A DNA stretch of 29,884 bases from positions 1 through 29,884 of the IMG/VR virus record IMGVR_UViG_3300034965_000040, one strand, 5' to 3'. The position numbers were made by a program, and so were the translations under genes. This DNA is from a virus (lineage: Duplodnaviria; Caudoviricetes). The notes under the pieces were generated by a model. It was not told the DNA's origin and ran no database searches. It saw nothing but the letters and a program-made list of their open reading frames with translations. This document shows, piece after piece, positions 25,097 to 29,884 of the stretch (position 1 is the first letter of the stretch; each line of letters opens with the position of its first letter).

Positions 25097-26991
25097 TTCA
25101 CCTCGCTGCGCTTCCGCGCCTTCGGTTTCTCCGTCTTGCTGTGGCCCAGTTTCATCGCTGCGAGCATCTGGCGAAGGTCCTTCACGTCAAGGATGGTGAA
25201 AGCGCAGAAATTGTAGACCGTCAAATCGAGCACTTCATTCCGCTCTCGTGTCTTCGTCCAAATGCGATACTTGAGCCCCATTTTGTACTTGATTATAGCC
25301 TTTTCACCCGTCAACTGTCTATAAAACTCTTCGTCCAGGCCCTCGGGAAAATGGAAGTACCCCGGCCCTGGCCCCGTGATTTCCCGCAGGCTGTCCGCGA
25401 TCATGTCCTTCGCGTTGTTCACCCCGAGCTTGAACAGCTTGGCTCGATACTGATTCCCGTCCGTGGGCTTGGCCGACAGAGGGGCCGAAGGGTTCGATGA
25501 GCCGCTGCAGGCGAAGACTCGGTTGATGGCCCGCGCCTTCGTGTAGCGGTAGACGAAATCGGATACATTGCCATCGCTCGCGTCCACCAGGACCAGCGAC
25601 ACCCGCAACTTGCGCCCGGATTCGTGCTTGAATTGCCGAAAGAGGTGGGCATCCAGCATTCGCCAGGTGCTTTCTCGATTGGGTGGCCCCCAGATCACCG
25701 CGGGGGAGATCATCTTGCCCTCCGCATTCTCGGTCGGGATTATCCACTTTTCGTTTTCCAGCCCGTGGCCCATGAACAGCAATTCCAGCCGGTCTGCCTG
25801 CACGTCCACAGCCGCGGTGAGAATGATCGCGTCCATGGGCACCTCAGCATCGTAGCTTTCCTCCCGCGCACGGATACCTGTGGCGTCCAACTGTTCGCCG
25901 CCCATGTTGTCCCACGATTCCCCGAGCACGGTGTTAAAGAACACCCGCAACGTCTCCCTGCCCGAGTGCTTCGCGGCAATGAAAGCTGTCGCGATGTCCC
26001 CGAAGCCGCGCCACGGGGAATACAGTTCGTTGATATGGAAGCCGCGATATTTCGTCCGTTCGGGATGCTCCGCGATCCATGTTCCGCACGCCAGCATCAC
26101 CGACTTGTGCCGATCCAGGATACGTTCCGAGCAATGCGCGCACTCGTACCACGCCAATTCTGGCCGCCCTTCAGGCCAATGCACGTTGGCGAACACGAGC
26201 ACCTGCACCGAACCGCAATGCGGGCACGGCACCCAGTAGCGTTCCATCGTGGATTCGTTGTATAGATCCTCGATTCGCGAAATACCCTTCACACCAGGCG
26301 TAGAGCACACCACCGTTTTCGAGTTCCAGAACGTGGTCTGCCGTTTCTCAGCAAGGGAGAACGGATCGCCTTCCGCCTGGCCCATCTTGCCCACAGACAA
26401 CGCCATGCGGTCAATTTCATCCACGAACAAGTCGCGAATGGGGCGGGAGGCGAGCTGCGCGGGGCTGTTCCCGCCGATCATAGTGAGCTGGCCACCTGGG
26501 AACACTTTTCGCAGCAGCGTTCCGTCGTTCCCCGTATCCTTCGCCGTGCGGATCTTGTCCCGAATCCGCTCCGTGTCGCGAATCGTGGGATCGAGGCGAT
26601 CCTTCACGAACGCCTTGGCCATGTCCGTGGTTGGCTGCATGATCATCATGGGGCCGGGCCGCTTGTCCATGGCAAAGCAGGCCATGTTGAGCAGCGCTTC
26701 CGTCTTGCTCATCTGACTCGAAAACATCATGGTGATGCGGCGAACTTCGTCGTCGTTGTAGGCATCCAGGATGTCCCGCATGAACGGAACTTTCGACGTG
26801 CGCCATTGGCCTGGCTCAGACGATGATTCGGGGGGCAGCTTGCGATACGCGTCGGACCACTGGGAGACGGTAATGTCCTCCGGAGGTGCCCAGGCCTCAG
26901 CTATCTTCTTCCCCAATCTCTTCGTCATCTCCCGTAATGTCCCGCAGACTGCTGTCGGCGGTCGTTCGCTCGTAGTGCTGGGAAAGTTCAT
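25093..26991 (-). CDS. terL: Terminase large subunit, lambda gpA family
   Basis: SSEPGQW, Walker A-like SSQMSKTE, Walker B FVDEIDR, STP, CPHC/CAHC, nuclease AAVDVQ, RNEVLD. Start could be slightly downstream. Confidence 0.96.
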   Translation of the reverse strand: MNFPSTTSERPPTAVCGTLREMTKRLGKKIAEAWAPPEDITVSQWSDAYRKLPPESSSEPGQWRTSKVPFMRDILDAYNDDEVRRITMMFSSQMSKTEALLNMACFAMDKRPGPMMIMQPTTDMAKAFVKDRLDPTIRDTERIRDKIRTAKDTGNDGTLLRKVFPGGQLTMIGGNSPAQLASRPIRDLFVDEIDRMALSVGKMGQAEGDPFSLAEKRQTTFWNSKTVVCSTPGVKGISRIEDLYNESTMERYWVPCPHCGSVQVLVFANVHWPEGRPELAWYECAHCSERILDRHKSVMLACGTWIAEHPERTKYRGFHINELYSPWRGFGDIATAFIAAKHSGRETLRVFFNTVLGESWDNMGGEQLDATGIRAREESYDAEVPMDAIILTAAVDVQADRLELLFMGHGLENEKWIIPTENAEGKMISPAVIWGPPNRESTWRMLDAHLFRQFKHESGRKLRVSLVLVDASDGNVSDFVYRYTKARAINRVFACSGSSNPSAPLSAKPTDGNQYRAKLFKLGVNNAKDMIADSLREITGPGPGYFHFPEGLDEEFYRQLTGEKAIIKYKMGLKYRIWTKTRERNEVLDLTVYNFCAFTILDVKDLRQMLAAMKLGHSKTEKPKARKRSEVK

Positions 26992-27451
26992 TCTGCGCCT
27001 CGCGGACTTTTTCGCTCACCAACTTTTTCACCTCTGTCGCCGTGCGACCGTCCGCGAGCAGCGGTCGCACGTTGGCGGCCACCGCATCGGGGATGCCCTC
27101 CAACCGCGAATTGGCCCGGATCACCATGTCCACGATGAACTTTTCCACCACGTTGATATTCACCAGCTTGCCGCCCATCACATCGGCCTGGTAGCGAGCG
27201 ATGCGCGCCTTCTGCACGCGGTAGCGGTCCATCGCATCCTTTTCCTTCGGCGTATCCTCGTGCGACCGGCTCTGCGCACGCAGGGAACCCGCCTGTGAGC
27301 GAATCTTCGCCCGCAAAGCATCGCAGTACTTGGCCACCGCATCATCGGCCCACACGTTCGGTCGGATGGGCGTAAGCGCACCTTCCCGCACCATCAGCGA
27401 GATGTCTTGGTAGCTCACGCCGACTATCTCAGCGAATGTTTTCGTGTCCAC
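26897..27451 (-). CDS. terS: Terminase small subunit (Nu1-like)
   Basis: N-terminal HTH (TKTFAEIVGVSYQDIS), helical KARIARY..GKLV segment, overlaps TerL; GTG start just after the upstream stop. Confidence 0.85.
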   Translation of the reverse strand: MDTKTFAEIVGVSYQDISLMVREGALTPIRPNVWADDAVAKYCDALRAKIRSQAGSLRAQSRSHEDTPKEKDAMDRYRVQKARIARYQADVMGGKLVNINVVEKFIVDMVIRANSRLEGIPDAVAANVRPLLADGRTATEVKKLVSEKVREAQNELSQHYERTTADSSLRDITGDDEEIGEEDS

Positions 27452-27453
27452 GC

Positions 27454-28158
27454 CTACACCCGGACTTGCTGGATGTATTGCCCCATGTATAGCTTCGTGA
27501 GCACAGGCAGCGCGTCCTGCGCCGTCTGCGATCCCCGCTCGAAGAAGGGCCACTTCTTCGGGATCGTCACCGCGTCCTTGTAGAGAAACCACAGCGGTTT
27601 GTATTCCTTCGGGCCGACGCGCACCGCGATGGTTGGGATCTTGGCGTCCTTCAGGAACACCAGGCCGCCCTTGAACGCCTTCGTGCGTTTCATGTTCCGC
27701 GACTTGCCCTCTTTTCTCAGCGAGGCCGTGCGCGCCAGCATGTCCAACAGTCGCGCGGGCCAGTTGCTTCCTTTGAGCGTCTTGCGCTCATTGTCCGCGC
27801 CTCGCGGCATGTCGAATCCCCGCGCTCCTGCGCCCATCTTGGGGATGCCCTGCTGATTGTGGTAGGGTGCCTTCTCGCCCCCAAGAATCAGCTCGGGGGC
27901 TAGATCCAATCCTCGCTGCCCCCGGCGCACGCCTACTACCGAGACCAACCGATCCTTGGTCGCGGAGCGAGTCACCAATGACGTTCGCAGCCATGTGGTA
28001 CGGATCTTCATGTTGTCGCCCAGATGCTCTCGCTCCACCGTGCGCACAAAACCCGCGGCCTCGGTCAACGCACGAGCCGCAGCGAAATCGGCGTTGCGCC
28101 CGATCCGCTCAAGCACCTTGGCCGTGCGATTGATCGTGGTGACGAGGGTTATTTCCAT
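27454..28158 (-). CDS. Basic virion morphogenesis protein (lambda gpZ-like)
   Basis: FAAARALTEAA, RSATK..L.SVVG, terminal WPFFE pattern; very basic. Confidence 0.6.
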   Translation of the reverse strand: MEITLVTTINRTAKVLERIGRNADFAAARALTEAAGFVRTVEREHLGDNMKIRTTWLRTSLVTRSATKDRLVSVVGVRRGQRGLDLAPELILGGEKAPYHNQQGIPKMGAGARGFDMPRGADNERKTLKGSNWPARLLDMLARTASLRKEGKSRNMKRTKAFKGGLVFLKDAKIPTIAVRVGPKEYKPLWFLYKDAVTIPKKWPFFERGSQTAQDALPVLTKLYMGQYIQQVRV

Positions 28159-28595
28159 TGGCGGTAGCTCTCGAAGATGCGGGCGTAGGTGATCTTGTCG
28201 TTGGTGTATGGGAGGTCAGGATAAGGCGTCCGCCACACCTTGTCCAGGGCGCTTTCGGGGCAAGCGAACCACCCGAGAGGGCAATTCAGCACCATCATGC
28301 AGGGAAACACTCCTGCGCCCCATGCTCGCATGAAGCTGCGCTGGACCGGAGTCGGGCAAAACTTCTTCGGCAAATTCGACATCGCCCGCTTCGGCATGTC
28401 GCTCGCGTCCAGGGCTTTCACCTCGATCCACAGTCCGCTCGGAAGCGTCGGAAGGGGGCGGGAAATCGGCACCTGGATCAGCGTGTCCGGTATCCCCTCC
28501 GCCAGCAGATCGGTGAACTTCTGCACCAGGAGCCCCTGGCCCCTCAGCGCGTCCAGCATCCTCGTCTGGAACTTCGATTCGACGCGCCTCCGCAC
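28149..28595 (-). CDS. VRR-NUC-like PD-(D/E)XK nuclease
   Basis: ESKFQ, GIPD, WIEVK, PTPVQ..F motifs; GGAGG SD before GTG 28595. Confidence 0.85.
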   Translation of the reverse strand: MRRRVESKFQTRMLDALRGQGLLVQKFTDLLAEGIPDTLIQVPISRPLPTLPSGLWIEVKALDASDMPKRAMSNLPKKFCPTPVQRSFMRAWGAGVFPCMMVLNCPLGWFACPESALDKVWRTPYPDLPYTNDKITYARIFESYRQWK

Positions 28596-29394
28596 TTTTC
28601 CTCCGCATGTCCTGGATCGCTGCTTCCAACTCGGGATAGTCCTGCCGAAAATCATCCGCGTCGGCTTCCTCCTGCATCCGGCGCACGCGCTCAAGATCCT
28701 TCGCGTTCTGGCTGCGCTGCTGCTTTTGGTTGTAGCCCGTCTTGTCCAGGTGGTAGCGGAGAACGTGGGCCGGCACACCGAGCGTTTCCGCAACCGGGGC
28801 GATCTTCGCGGTGAACACGATCTTGCCCGAATTGAGCTGGCAGAGCCACCCGTGGTCCGCGCAGCGATCCATCAGGTGGCGGGTCAGCTGCTGGACACCA
28901 CGCTCGCCCCAGCCGATCTTGCGCCGCCAGAAGTACACCTTGCTCGTCGAGATGTTGGGGAAGATTCCCACGACCTCCGACGCGGGCATGTTCGTGATGC
29001 AGTGGACAAAAAAGTCGAATTCGGACATGCCCCCGCGTAGCTCCGTGTTCGACGTGAAGTCCATGCGCATCTGCCGATTGGTGAGCCCGTGCTGCATGCG
29101 AATCTTCTGGACCGTGCTCAACGAAACCCCGGTGATCTGCGCGTGCAGACGGCGAGGCGTCGTCGGCCAGGTCATCACCCGCGCCTCGGCCTTCGCGACG
29201 GCGTCCTTCGTGGCTCTGCGGTGGCCATTGCCCATGCCCAAGTTCATCGTGGACAACGACCCGAGGCTCACGTTACGACCGTAACGCTCCCACACGATCT
29301 CGCGAATCTTGCGGTAGCTGGTGCCTCCTCCCAGGCGTTCCTGGATGTCTGCGACGGCAGTGGGGGGCAGCATGGCTTCGAGCGACCGGCTCAT
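28216..29394 (-). CDS. Multi-HTH DNA-binding protein (3' end overlaps the nuclease gene)
   Basis: GGAG SD before ATG 29394; four HTH-like segments; the last ~125 codons overlap the nuclease in another frame. Confidence 0.65.
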   Translation of the reverse strand: MSRSLEAMLPPTAVADIQERLGGGTSYRKIREIVWERYGRNVSLGSLSTMNLGMGNGHRRATKDAVAKAEARVMTWPTTPRRLHAQITGVSLSTVQKIRMQHGLTNRQMRMDFTSNTELRGGMSEFDFFVHCITNMPASEVVGIFPNISTSKVYFWRRKIGWGERGVQQLTRHLMDRCADHGWLCQLNSGKIVFTAKIAPVAETLGVPAHVLRYHLDKTGYNQKQQRSQNAKDLERVRRMQEEADADDFRQDYPELEAAIQDMRRKSAEARRIEVPDEDAGRAEGPGAPGAEVHRSAGGGDTGHADPGADFPPPSDASERTVDRGESPGRERHAEAGDVEFAEEVLPDSGPAQLHASMGRRSVSLHDGAELPSRVVRLPRKRPGQGVADALS

Positions 29395-29559
29395 TCGGGT
29401 GATCTCCAACCGGAAGGCTACCGGAAACTGGGCGGGAAAACAACCGCCGATTCCGGCCATTTCGGCACGGGCCTTGCCACGAGCGCGGGTTAGGCACACG
29501 CAGGGCGACATAGGAGGTTATTGCCTCAGCCACTGTTCAACGAGGATGGAAACAAACAA

Positions 29560-29588
29560 CTTATACTTGAACAATGCTGCGATGTCAC
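29560..29588 (-). promoter_or_regulatory. Putative promoter of the late operon
   Basis: Minus strand GTGACA, 17 nt, TATAAG. Confidence 0.5.
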
Positions 29589-29699
29589 AAACCGCCTAAA
29601 CAACAGCTAAGTCCCCTGAAATATGTGCCGTTGAACAGCACCTGATACAATGACCTCCTCCTTCCTCGCGTGCGCATGCGATGGGCCAAAATCCGAAGG

Positions 29700-29771
29700 T
29701 TTCCGCCCCTTTTTAGTGGTTTTTGGCCATTTTAGTGCGTTTTTCGGGGTTTTATGGGTGTTTTTGGAATT
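29700..29771. other. Phased T-tracts (intrinsically curved DNA)
   Basis: T3-5 runs start at 29700, 29710, 29720, 29730, 29740, 29750, 29761. Confidence 0.8.
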
Positions 29772-29816
29772 CTTATTCGGCTTGTTTGGCGGGATATGCA
29801 AAATTCCACGCATAAA

Positions 29817-29828
29817 TAAGTATACTTA
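29817..29828. promoter_or_regulatory. 12-bp perfect palindrome, candidate operator
   Basis: TAAGTATACTTA flanked by ACGCATA direct repeats. Confidence 0.5.
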
Positions 29829-29884
29829 CGCATACTCCAATAAAAGAGTTGTATATCAGTCGGGGGGACCGGCTCGCGGCCACC

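Larger units (their letters stand above)
1..29884. mobile_element. Tailed dsDNA phage genome segment (siphovirus-like; lambda-type packaging module, Mu gpT-type capsid)
   Basis: Continuous terminase-portal-protease-capsid-tail-tape measure-lysis order on - strand converging on a PolA replication operon. No sheath gene recognised; no host genes or integrase in window. Confidence 0.97.

Noticed and set aside
2092-29773. Frequent GAATTC sites as evidence of restriction-proof modified DNA
   Set aside because: Readily explained by Glu-Phe codon pairs; uninformative without knowing the host RM systems.
29607-29813. 68-aa Lys/Asn-rich - strand ORF
   Set aside because: Its Lys/Asn periodicity is a by-product of the phased A-tracts; no convincing SD or domain.

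Overview
The whole window is a segment of a tailed (siphovirus-like) dsDNA phage of a Gram-negative host. No host genes, integrase, tRNA, rRNA or CRISPR array are visible. The left 5.1 kb (+ strand) is an early/replication operon. It holds a DUF550 dATP/dGTP pyrophosphohydrolase, a string of microproteins (several CxxC zinc fingers), a family A DNA polymerase with atypical active-site motifs reminiscent of the 2-aminoadenine polymerase DpoZ, and a minimal C5-methyltransferase-like protein. The right 24 kb (- strand) is a complete late operon: multi-HTH protein, VRR-NUC-like nuclease, gpZ-like protein, lambda-type terminase/gpW/portal/S49 protease with nested scaffold, Mu gpT-type capsid, tail genes with a -1 frameshifted chaperone, a collagen-containing fibre, and a lysis cassette with a GH19 endolysin and an atypical single-chain spanin candidate. 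Four signals stand out. (1) DUF550 plus DpoZ-like polymerase suggests a possible modified-purine genome. (2) A ~175-nt transcription unit between the converging operons has its own promoter and terminator and contains two SD-led minigenes (ATG-AAG-TAG, ATG-TGA) in a tandem structured repeat. (3) A TGYCCA motif follows six consecutive stop codons in the early region, in part starting tiny bridging ORFs. (4) 10-bp phased T-tracts lie at the right end. Family assignments are from motif recognition by eye, not database searches.
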